A stretch of 64,000 nt of DNA from NCBI GenBank assembly GCA_965112155.1, contig OZ218105.1; one strand, 5' to 3'. This stretch comes from Podarcis liolepis. Lineage: Eukaryota. Position 1 is the stretch's first letter, and each line of letters opens with the position of its first letter. A model generated the notes under the pieces. That model ran no database searches, had not been told where the DNA came from, and saw only the letters and a program-made list of their open reading frames with translations. Positions 37,005 to 47,820 of this stretch are shown in pieces. Position numbers and translations under genes: made by a program.

Positions 37005-37445
37005 CCTAATATACACATACACAGCAAAACTGATGGGAAGAGTTAGAGGAGTATTGATCCGGAAAATATTTGGAGAATGGAGAATATTTAAGGATTATAT
37101 AAGATCATATTGTACCAACCACACCATATTAGCAGAACTTGAGTGATACTTGTAAACACAACAAATACTGTTTGTGGAGTAGACGGGAACAATATTAAAG
37201 AATATAAAACTGTGCGGGGGAAAATGACAGTATAAACAGTACAATGAGAATGATTGGAGGACTCATTTTGTCAGAAGTCTTTTTTATTTAAGTATTACCG
37301 TAAGTCTTTTTTATGCACGTAAATCTGCTTTTTCCTCTTTCTTTTTTCTGTATTTTCTTCTTTTCTTTTTTCTTCTTTTCTTTTTTCTTTAATTTTCTTT
37401 TTGTAGTATGAGATTGTAAATTCTTTGTATATGTGTGTAATTTAA
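37005..37445 (+). mobile_element. L1-clade LINE 3' end (older)
   Basis: YTYTAKLMGRVRG...EWRIFKDYIRSYC aligns with the L1 C-termini at 24335-24840 and 42925-43041; T-rich 3' UTR follows. Confidence 0.7.
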
Positions 37446-38984
37446 ATTAATACATACACACACACACGCACACATTTTTTATACAGATCTGTTGACTGTA
37501 GAACTGTATTGCAAAATTCAGAGAAGTGTGAATTTTGAAGGATAGTTGCATTCGAATTTGTGTCTTGGTTTGGGAAGTGTGGATTTGATAGAGTCAGATT
37601 AAAACGAGAACAGATCTTCCCCCCTGCTCCATATCTTGCATTTCTGGGCTCCAGTGAAACTATCTTCATCTGCACCCTGGACTGCCAGCCCCACAGTGCT
37701 GTGCTAAGCATTTTGTCAGATGTTTGATTGTAACTAATGCTTGGTTCCTTTCTCTCCTGTAAAGAGCAAACAGCTTCACTGTTCATTTTTCAAAGGTGAA
37801 AAATGATGCAGGTTATTTCATATAAAGTTATGGTCAACAAAGTGGTGTGTTTCTCAACTATGACAAAGGCAATTCTACCCCCCTCTAGAAAATGGTTGGC
37901 AGGTAAACACAATGGATCATTGTGAGGTCAAAAACCTGCTGGGCTAAATATATTGTTCCCTTTAAGAAAGTGGTTTTACCTTCATTTACCTTCTGAAAGC
38001 TGTCAAATTCCAATAAACTGTTGTCAGCTTTAATATAACTTATAGACATCTTCAGTATAATAGATTTTGATTGCTAGAAGTTAAGTAGAAACTGATTCCA
38101 GATGTTTAGCTGAAAACAAAAATCATATCACCACTTCACTCTCAAAGAATAACCACTGCATAGTGCTTTGCAAATTCTTTACATTGATCCTCCAACTCTC
38201 CTACTTTGGATGGTGATAAACTATTAGCTTTCAAGGTTACCTCTCCTGCTGTGCCTCCTTTTCCTTTCCCCTTCCCCTTCTCTGCCTCAGTTTCTACTTG
38301 ATTGTAATCTCCTAACTAAACTATGTCAGTTAAGATAAGATAATTTGTCTGGGTTTTATTCAAAGTAGAACTAAGGAGAGCATTCTATCAGTGGAAGGAA
38401 TTCTCCTTGCATGACAGAACTGTCTCCCCCTTTCCTTCCTCATGCACCCCCTAAATCTGTTCTAGGTGTTCACTCAAACTTCTGGAGCAAATTTGGGGAT
38501 GGTGTGGGTCGTTCACAAGGAGAGGAGGGGGAATCCCATTGTGCTAATATGAATCTATGTGCTAGCCCAAGTGTTTAGTTGAATACCACCCTCAGAAATG
38601 CTGCCAGTTCCAAGTGCAGGGCCAGCTAGACTGGCAAAACTGTATAGTCTCAGTGCTTCTTTGATGAGATGCTGGTGCTGGGAGGAGGACCAGAGCAAAG
38701 ACCCATCCATTCTTGCATCTTGTTCTCACAATCACAACAAACACTAAAAGGTTAGTGAGACAGAACTTTTCCTCACAGAAGCCATGCTGGTTCTGCTTCA
38801 GCCAATTTGTAGGGAGAGCCCACCTTGGGCAGGTCTGAGGTTTCTGCTACCCCCTACCAATGTTTACAGCACCATATTTGATTGGGTGGTGGCACTGGTC
38901 AGCAGCATGCTGTCCGATATCTAGTTATGTGCCTTATGTTGTGCTGAAATTTTTGAGCTGTAGCAAATAAAAACTGACCATTTT

Positions 38985-39202
38985 GGAGAGCCAGTGTGGA
39001 GGAATGGGTAGAGTGTTGGTCTAGGACCCCAGAGACCAGGGCTCCAATCTCCACTTGGCCATGATGAAGCTCATTGGGTGACCTTGGGCAGGTCATTGTT
39101 TCTCAGTCTAAAATGAAATGAGGAGATGGAGAAGGACCATATACACCAACTTGAGATCCTTGGAGAAAAAGGTGGGCTATGAATGCAATAAGTGAACAAT
39201 AA
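38985..39202 (+). mobile_element. MIR/CORE-like tRNA SINE
   Basis: gagagccagtgtgg...agagtgttggtctagg...agaccaggg...tgggtgaccttgggcaggtca (CORE motif). Confidence 0.75.
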
Positions 39203-39889
39203 AGACTTTACTACACTTTTGTCTACATATAGTTATTGATCCCATGTTCTTTGGCTCATTCAGCACTGGGAGCAGAGCGTAATTCTAAACCCTAAGAGGC
39301 GAACAATGGCCTAAACCAGAAAAAACTTCCAGCATCCTGAGGACCTGAGGCATGGCATTCATGTGGAAAATGTTATGGATTCTCCAGTGACAAATATCAA
39401 GCTAGTTTGTGGGAAGCTTTGCTGGGATTCATGTAGTGGCTTATCTTTTCTGCTGAAAAGCGGAGACAAAGAACTGCTCCAGTTAATCACCCAGGACAGT
39501 ATACAGTGCTGCAGAATGCACACTCACAGCAAAGGATGGAAGACAGATTGTCCTGTGGCACTTCCTTGCTCCACTCTCATAATCCCTGACCCATTCTTCA
39601 CTACAGAAGCCATAAAATAACATAGTGCAAGGATAACCATCTTTTATTTATGATACAGACTGACGTTTGGGTGGAACTGGGATGCTTCATTCCCAGGAGA
39701 GTGTCAAGCTGGTTGAAGCAGTGAAGGTCCAACGCAGTTTTGGAGACTCTGAGAAGTTATTCCGGCTGTGTGCAAGGAAGTTCAAAGCTCAATATGTGAC
39801 TTTAGCTGAAACTTAAAGTCTAGCCTGAACACTTTGTATTGATCTGTTTTGGGAGACCCGTGTGTGTGTGTTGTTTTCAAAAAAGCCTG

Positions 39890-39982
39890 GGGCTGCAATC
39901 CTATATAAACTTGCTTGGAAGGAAATCCAGTGGATTTCAATGGGGCTTACTTCTGAGTAGACATGCGTAGGACTGTGCTGTG
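39890..39982. mobile_element. Short (about 90 bp) palindromic MITE
   Basis: gggctgcaatcctat...taggactgtgctg; related degenerate copies at about 21320-21398, 58701-58795 and 59136-59220. Confidence 0.55.
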
Positions 39983-40364
39983 AATTTTCTAGACAGTGAC
40001 CCTCTAAACATAGGGGAGATGTTTTACATACAAATTGAACAAGACAGAGGCAGAGGCAGAAAGACCTAATTTATGGGATTCCATTAATATAAATCCACAG
40101 CACAATAATTAACACTGACAGATAATTATACTTGTTTAGATAAGACAGACCATTTTATTAGGTAGATTTGTGTTGCTCCAGGAGCTCTGTGTCATTCCTG
40201 CTTCCTTGGTCACTCAAAAATCACATGAAACCAATTAACCCCTGATACTCTGCCTAGTTTATTTATTTCCTTACATTTTTCTTCCACTTTTCATCCTTCA
40301 TAGACCTCAAGGTGGGTCTTTCCTCCCTCTCCTGTCCCACCCTGTCCCATCCTATTCCATCCCA

Positions 40365-40730
40365 TGCTTAGGAAGTGCATTCAGGACAGATAAAACTAAG
40401 TACTTCTTCACACAGTGTGCAGTTAAACTATGAAACTTACTCCCACAGGAGGCAGTGATAGTCACTGAACCTAGATGGCTTTAAAAAAGGATTGGACAAA
40501 TGCATGGAGGAGAGACCATTAGCCATGATGGCTATGCATTAGTTACAATCAGTTGGAGGCAGCAATGACATGCTCCTGAATACTACTACCTAAAAACCGC
40601 AGGAGGGGTGAGTGCTGTTGAGCTCATGTTTTGCTTGCTGGATTACTACAGGCATCAGTTTGGCTCCTGTGAGAACAGGATGCTGGACGAGATGGACCAT
40701 TGGCCTAATCCAGAAGGTTAGTCTTAAGGC
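40365..40730 (+). mobile_element. CR1 3' end
   Basis: ttcaggacagataaa...tacttcttcacacag...ggctttaaaaaaggattggacaaa...ggaccattggcctaatccag. Confidence 0.8.
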
Positions 40731-42754
40731 CATGATCAGGAGGGGGAAATGTTTGTGGGCTGTGTGTGTAAGGAATAAAAAAAGAGAGAGTTGGGAAGGA
40801 CCAAGGAGGTGTTGCTGCTTTTCCCCAAGAAGGCTGGCCTGGCCAGGGTGTGTGTGCGCGCGCAGGTGCACTCCTACAAACTACATAACCCCCTCTTTGG
40901 CTCCTCAACCTTTCTGGCAGCCCCATTGCCCTTCTTTTGTAGCCTTTAAAGGCATGTGCTCTGTAGTGTCTAGGCAACAAAACAAGCACATGGACCCTGT
41001 CCTCCTCCCATCCAAGGAAGGAGGTACTGACTTGTTTGTGGCTGCCTCTGAGAATGCAGAGAATGTTGCCATGCTCCTTTCTGGAACTCTCTGTGGGGCT
41101 GCCCCAGGCAATTTGACACAAAGTTCCACTGCAGGCAGAAAGGCTTCCCACACATTAGCTCTCTCACTGACTCACACACATGCCTGCCTAAGCTCTTCCC
41201 TCTTCTGCTGGCTGTGCATGTGCACAAGTACTAGCGTGATGACAACCTTACATTTTTATGTATATAGGAAGAAGCAAAGGTGCTATCCACAACAAATATA
41301 GTTTCAACCGTGATCAGAGAATATACAGTTCTTTTTCAGGAGCAATGGAGTTAAAAACCCAAATTAAATACACATGCACACAATACTTGTGCTTCTGTTT
41401 TGAAAGTGTATTCGACCTATTCTTGATTTTAACAATAAAAATTGGTTTTGTGTAGATTGATAAAGCATGTGTGTGTGTGTGTGTGTGTGTGCTTTAATGG
41501 TCAGTTTTTCTGTGGTGTGGTGATGTGAAAAGAAAGCTGTCATTCATAGAATGATATTATATGTTTACTTGCAAAAGTTCATTTTTTATAGAGTTAAAAA
41601 AAGATGGTAAGCTTTGTTGCTGCTGTCATTTTCTTGTCTCACAAAAGAATGACATAATATGCTTGTGCAACAGTTGGACAACAGCTTTGATTCCAGTTGC
41701 TATGACGATCATGGGGAAACTATTGAAGCACAGTAAAGACAGAAAGTCCATTAGCCAAAATGTTATCAAAAGGAAAAAGAAACAACCACCATTGCCACAT
41801 GCTATCAAGAGAGGGTTTAAAAATAATGATAATCTGGTCAGTATGGGGGTGTTTATATGGAATGGGAAATCCATCTAACAAGTGCAATTTAAGACAAAAT
41901 ATATAGAGTGAGTGAGTGAGTGAGTGAGTGAGTAAGAGAGAGCCAGGTACTAATAGAGACCCAATATAAACTAAAATACAGTCAGGTACATTGTTTTAAG
42001 ATGGCAAATGAACTCACACTACTGAGATATCATTGCTTGGTTTGATATTTATGCTACATATGATGTATCACACAGACAGCATGAAATTCAAGCAAGTTGC
42101 CAGACAAAGGAGGAATATTTCATCCAATCAAATAGGATCAATCTCCATGAAATTTTATTCACCATCTCACTATGACCTACTTCTCTCTCACAAACAACAG
42201 ATGAGATAGTAAAGCCAGCTTCTCCACTGTATCCTTTCAGAGTGCAGGCAGGGATTCCCTTGTGTCCTTCGTACAAAAAATTCCCAACACACGGAGCAAT
42301 AGAATATTAGAAGCAAGAAGGTTGGTTGCCAGCCTGGCAGGGTTTGCCCCACCGACTGGATGTCTTGGCTGGTTGCCAGATGATGGAAGGACCCAACAGG
42401 TAGAATGTTAGTGTATCCTCCCCACCAATGGTTATTTTTCCATGTGTGTGCACTGACCATTCAGGCACACTGAGTGGCAATGGTAGATGTTTCTGCATGG
42501 TGCTGTGCATACAGGTGTGCAAGTGTGGAGATTCTTTGCTAAAAAGCATACTGGTCACCAGCCACAAAACTGAACATGCTCAAAGTGGCTTACAACAAAG
42601 AGAGTAGAAAGACACCTCTAAAGCAACCATCGCAAGAGCAATTCCATAACAGCAGGAATAATAAAACAACAGAACAGCAAACCAATGCTACAAACATAAC
42701 AACATTAAATTTGCAACATTACAACTTCCAGCAATGGCAAAAAACAATCTTTCA

Positions 42755-43247
42755 TTATTATTTTTTACATTATTTTTTATTAAATTTCTTACAAATATAG
42801 CACATACAACAACAACGACAACAACAAAAAACAGAATCACAAATATAAGCAGAAAAGATGATAAAAAACATAACAACAAACACATAAAAAACACAATTAG
42901 CTACTTATCTAAACTTCTAACATCTATATGGAGCTAGCTGACCTTACTGGGAGGATCCGCGACCAGAAAGAAGAGGAACACCAAGAAGAGTGGAAGAAAT
43001 TTAAAGACTATTTGAATAAATATTGTAATATTATAAATTAGAAGTTACTTGAAAGTACCAAATAGGCCTAGGATCAAATTAGGGGTTAGTTAAATAAATG
43101 AGATTTAGAACTTTAAGAAAAGTTAAGAAATTTGATTTTAATTGGAATATTGTGTTTTAATAATGATATTGGAAAACTGCTACATTTAAATACAAGGAAA
43201 TTCAGATGGGAGGGCTCAGAGGAAGTCAAAAACATGTTTATGAGGTG
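42755..43247 (-). mobile_element. L1-clade LINE with 5' inversion
   Basis: Distal 3' UTR and A-tail on the - strand (42755-~42924); ORF2 end YMELADLTGRIRDQKEEEHQEEWKKFKDYLNKYCNIIN* plus proximal UTR on the + strand (~42925-43247); exact 14-bp TSD aaaacaatctttca (42741-42754, 43248-43261). Confidence 0.85.
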
Positions 43248-43876
43248 AAAACAATCTTTCAAACTCTGGTTCAACATACAGTAGGGCGTGGGGGAAGGAG
43301 ATGCTATATCTCCTCCTGCTTTCTCCTGGGCCAAGAGCAGGAGGATTTGATCTTGCTCATACTCTACAGGGAAGCACCTCATGAAGGAGCAGCAATCTGC
43401 ACCCTGTGGGATCGAATCTTTTGCTTACCAGCTAGCAAGCAAAATGTTTGATCCTGCATGGTGCTGGTTCAGGGAGTGGAGCATCAGAAGAAGAGACTGG
43501 ACAGGAAGGTGAGGCTTGGCAGGGAAACTTGCACCCCACACTCCACATCCAGAGGCTTCCATTTCCAACTCCTACCTTCTCCCAGGAAGATGTTGCTGGT
43601 AAAGTAGGTCCCACCTACTCTTTTTGTGTTTTTTCTCCTTTCCACCCAATGCCTGCCTCTCTTCCTTGCCTGATGCCCCGCTTCCTGACAGCTTCAGTTT
43701 GCTCTGAACCAGCCCAATCCATGGCAATCTGGGGTTGCCTCAATTCAAGTGACACCCAGATCTCCATGAACTGGCCTGGTTGGGTTTGGGTTTAGGGCCT
43801 TGGCCAAATCCAGTGCACAGCTTTTACATTCACCTGTACCCTCAGGCCACATACTCTTCTTGGCCCCTCATTACTG

Positions 43877-44572
43877 TGTTGAATGGTTTCTTAATATGTA
43901 AAGGTTCATCATTGTTCCACTCCATGTGTATGTCTTTAATTAATACCTTGATTCCCAGAGTGGACTTGCTATCCTGTGTGCAGAGACCAATACGCAGCGC
44001 ACCAGAGTCTTAAGATTACGTTTAGAATTTGTAAAGAAACTAATTGCTGATGAAATGGTTGTATTTAAATATGTTCCAGCTGACAATCAAATTGCGGACA
44101 TTTTTACTAAAGCACTTCCAAAGGTTACACATGAAAAACATGTACAAAGTATGCTTTATGTTTTTGTTCCACAATGATGAACCGCAGGGGAAATGTTGAA
44201 TGGTTTCTTAATATGTAAAGGTTCATCATTGTTCCACTCCATGTGTATGTCTTTAAGGGGCCGGAGCAAGGGCCAGAGCAAACTAACGAGACCCAGCTTT
44301 ACAGCTGTGTAACATAGCAGGTGCTGCTGAGTTGTATTTGATTAAGGTGTGTCAGCATTTGGGTAGAGTATATAAGGAGCAGCATCTAGCTCTCCCATTA
44401 CCCTGGGGGATGGGTTGGTGGTTGGGTCTGGTTTGTTGATGTATTTAGTGTAAATGGAGTTTTTGTTTTTCTTATTAAAACCTTCTTTAAGTTATTTTTG
44501 AGTCCCTTCTTTTTAATGCATGGTCTCCCCAGCAAGCTCTCTGCAGCGTCACTATACTGCAAAAAGCCAACA
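43877..44572 (+). mobile_element. Internally deleted Ty1/copia LTR retrotransposon
   Basis: TGTTG...CAACA termini; exact TSD tactg (43872-43876, 44573-44577); 63-bp 5' LTR stub identical to the start of the 379-bp 3' LTR (44194-44572); PPT gcaggggaaa; TATA tatataag at 44369 and attaaa at 44474. Confidence 0.92.
44010..44177 (+). pseudogene. Ty1/copia pol RNase H C-terminal remnant
   Basis: LRLRLEFVKKLIADEMVVFKYVPADNQIADIFTKALPKVTHEKHVQSMLYVFVPQ*; QIADIFTKAL is the copia RNase H signature. Confidence 0.9.
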
Positions 44573-45614
44573 TACTGAACATAACATACCAAAATGCATT
44601 CTAATTGGGGAAATTGCTTTGCAAAGATGTGGTCTGGGGGGCAAAATTTCATGAGAAATTTGCTGATGAAGTTTCATGATGACTTAAAAAAATTGCTAAC
44701 TGATGTGGAGGTATGGAGTACTGAATTTAAGATGGGAAATAAGAGAAACTGCAGGGAACTTGGGATTAACATGTTCCCATTTCCTAGGAGTAACTAATTC
44801 AGGGACCTACCTGTAGTGACAGAAGTTAAGAAAAAGAATCCATATGCATGAGGAGCTGAAGGAATGGAAGCTTGTGATTCAAATGTTATACAGTAGAAAC
44901 CATCATATTTTGCATTGGAAGCAACACAGACTTTGTGATATTACTGTAGATTCCATATTTTTGTCCTTAGTAACTCTCCTTTTTCCAGCAAGTGACAAAG
45001 AAGCTGATCAAGGAATTGGTGGCTGTGCTGTGTATTTGTTGTGTTACAATATTTAGAGGGATGTGAAATCCCTACTTTGTCCAGTTCAGCCAATTTCAAA
45101 GTGGCTTCCTTTAATCTTCATTTACAGGAATCTCACTCAAGCGCCTGCTAATATTTATGGCAAACTGCCCACTGCACTGATGGCATGTTGTGTTGTGGGA
45201 GAGAAGTAATATGGACTTGGCATTCTTGATTTCCAGAGCTGCAATGGAAGCTGAACAAATTTAGGCACAATGGAGGCAGGTATGAGCTGAACACTTCCAG
45301 TGTTGTTGTTTTTTAAGGAGAGATAATGTTATTCACTTCAGAACTTGTTTATTTCCAGAACTGGCTGCTATATAGAACTCTTATTATTTTTCTTAAATCC
45401 AGTAATTCTTTTAAATAATTTTGATCCATGCATCTAAATTTATTGCTCATGATGGGTAAAAATCAACTAAAGGGTGTTGCCTAACATTCCTTTTTTATTT
45501 ATATTGATTTATATTAACTTTAATGCAAAATAAACAATATTCTGTAAAAGCAAAACAATAAGGGATCATAGGAGATGAAGGATGGCAGAAATGATATATC
45601 ACACACTGGCAAAA

Positions 45615-45803
45615 GATAAGAGCTGTTTGACAGTGGAATTTGCTGCCAAGGAGTGTGGTGGAGTCTCCTACTTTGTAGGTCTTTAAGCAGAGGCTTGACA
45701 ACCATATGTCAGGAGTGCTCTGATGGTGTTTCCTGCTTGGCAGGGGGTTGGACTCGATGGCCCTTGTGGTCTCTTCCAACTCTATGATTCTATGATTCTA
45801 TTC
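45615..45803 (+). mobile_element. CR1 3' end with (ATTCTATG)n tail
   Basis: gctgtttgacagtggaat..gctgccaaggagtgtggtggagtctcc...ttccaactctatgattctatgattcta. Confidence 0.88.
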
Positions 45804-45859
45804 TATAAGTTAACACAAGAATTCCAGATCTCATGGGAGGCTGGTGTAAGTTTTGTTGT

Positions 45860-46200
45860 ATGTGATGTTCATTGGTGCACAAAGTAAAACTCCACCTGTG
45901 TGTAGCTGCACCTCACAATGTTCAAAGATGGAGTGTCATCTTTTCCAGAATAGCAATATTCTTAACATTCTTGTACCAAAGCATAAGGTCCAAGTACCAT
46001 AATGCTTTACCTTTCTGGATGATGGACAAGTGTGCAGCAGCCAATAAGATGATTACTAGTTCTTTTAAAATAACATCCATCTTTTTATGTCCCAAAATAA
46101 ATTGGAGAGCAAGAAAAGGGAGTAATTGAATTGTCTCCTTAGCAATTGCAGCAATTTCTTTGAAAACCAAGAATCAAAATATGTGAACTTGCAGCACTTC
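45860..46200 (-). mobile_element. Old L1-clade ORF2 C-terminal fragment
   Basis: ILLAAAHLSIIQKGK...WYKNVKNIAILEKMT resembles the non-mammalian L1 C-terminal pattern (AA..I...WK...W......A..EK.T). Confidence 0.55.
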
Positions 46201-46485
46201 CACCAGAGGTGAAAGTATGTTTCCCCTAGCACCATAGCCTCATCAACAGGTATGAGGTGTCTTATATGTCAATTGTACTGGGGTCCTGTACAGCTTAAGT
46301 GTACTTTCCCTGGAATGAGCCGAGATTGATTTTATTGGCCAGTCATATCACATTACACCATCGCCTATATTCTGCCTTATAGCTCCCTCCCAAACAAGTT
46401 TGAAATCCAACACAGAGCCCATGGTGTAGGTTAATAGTTTCTTGTATAAAGCTGCAACCAAACCAAGTATTTGTATGAATATAAA

Positions 46486-46785
46486 AACATAAGAAGAGCC
46501 CGCTGAATCAGGCCTTAGGCTCATATAGCCCAGCATCCTTTTCCTACAGTGGCCATGCAGATGCCTCTCAGAAGCTCACAAACAGCATTCAAGCGCAACC
46601 CTTCTGCAGTTTCCAGCAACTGGTATTCAAAATAATTGCTGTCTCCATCATGGCTAATAGCTGCCAACAGCCCTCTCCTCCATGAATTGTCCAACCCTCT
46701 TTTAAAGCCATCTAGGTTCGGTGGTCATCACTGCTTCCTGCGAGAGTGAGTTCCATATAGGCTGTGTGAAGAAATACTTTTCTTC
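46486..46785 (-). mobile_element. CR1 3' end
   Basis: aacataagaagagcccgctgaatcaggcc ... tccatgaattgtccaaccctcttttaaagccatc ... gtgtgaagaaatactt. Confidence 0.8.
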
Positions 46786-47069
46786 TGTGCTGCTTTCTGG
46801 CCCTCAAATTAGCTCACACAAAAAAGTGCAACAGTAACCAATTAAATACAATAAGATTGAGAACAGAGAACAATGAGACTTTTACAGTTTAAAAGGTAAA
46901 CATTTTACAGATTAGCTTAAAAAAAAACTTAACAGAAAGCCTGAAGCAGTTTCAAGAAGACAACTGAGACTGAGATCCAAGATGTGAGAAATCACACTTT
47001 ACCTATAAGCACTGCCAATCCTAACCCTCAGACAAAACAACCCTAGTGGTTTTGCTCTTTCAATGTGTC

Positions 47070-47820
47070 CTCCTTCTTCAATTAGGCCTGCTGGTGCTCC
47101 TCTTCCTCTTTGCCCCCTGGCTTGCTTGGGAGAGAGCAGTTAGGTGAGCAAGTCAAAGAACAGCCATCCCCTTCTCCTCCTTGACCTCGATCTATGGGAA
47201 TGCCCACTATAGCTGATGTCCAAGGTAAGTCAGTAGACTCTGGGTTCCAGGCAGATAGGAAGGCAAGGCAGAATCAGCACCTTGGAGAGGGACCAAGGTG
47301 TGGGTTTCAGTACCATGGTTAGCAATCCTACAGCTGAGGAAGAATGGTCAAGTTATCTCGGCAGTGTTGTGGGGCAGTTGGCAGACCTTTATAGACTGGG
47401 ATTGGTATTTCTTGACTAGAATACCTGCATGCCTCATCTGGCCAGTCAAAGGGCAGTTGCTCTTTTCTGAAGCCATTGGCGGCTTCTTGATCATGAAGTT
47501 TCAAACAGTGGTTATCCTCAGGGCTCTTCAGATCCTCCAAGGAATCTGGGGACCATTCACTGGAGTCTTGTGGCAGAGACATCTTGCCTGGGTTCAAGGG
47601 AGGAGATGAAGGCTCTGGTGTCCATTGCTCCACATGGGATGAACCAAGAAATGGATCCCTCTCCTCCTTGGGGCTGCCAAGAATTATTGGTTGGGAGTCA
47701 TAACACTATTATTCACTACCACCCCCTTCTGGACCAGAAGAAGGACCTGCTGAGCAAAATGGAGGAATGGCAAGCAGTTGTCTTGGTGATGAACCCCCTG
47801 TATTATGGACATTAGTAAGC
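47070..47820 (-). mobile_element. Degraded LTR-like sequence (tentative)
   Basis: Minus-strand CCAAT (~47476) upstream of TATAAA (~47390), with composition like the other LTRs. No clear TSD found. Confidence 0.35.
47273..47293 (+). promoter_or_regulatory. Candidate REST/NRSF site (RE1/NRSE)
   Basis: atcagcaccttggagagggac = TCAGCACC-NN-GGAGAG. Confidence 0.5.

Noticed and set aside
40612-41301. Longest ORF (229 aa)
   Set aside because: It starts inside a CR1 tail, runs through TG/CA-rich sequence, is Cys/Ser-rich and has no recognisable domain; a chance ORF.
43990-44010. DSGA on the minus strand as a copia protease active site
   Set aside because: The following residues do not fit DSGAS.HM; the downstream DSKSTLG fits RNase H better.
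43877-44256. 63-bp exact direct repeat as a CRISPR-like repeat or assembly duplication
   Set aside because: Only two copies, explained as LTR starts by the TSD, PPT and RNase H.
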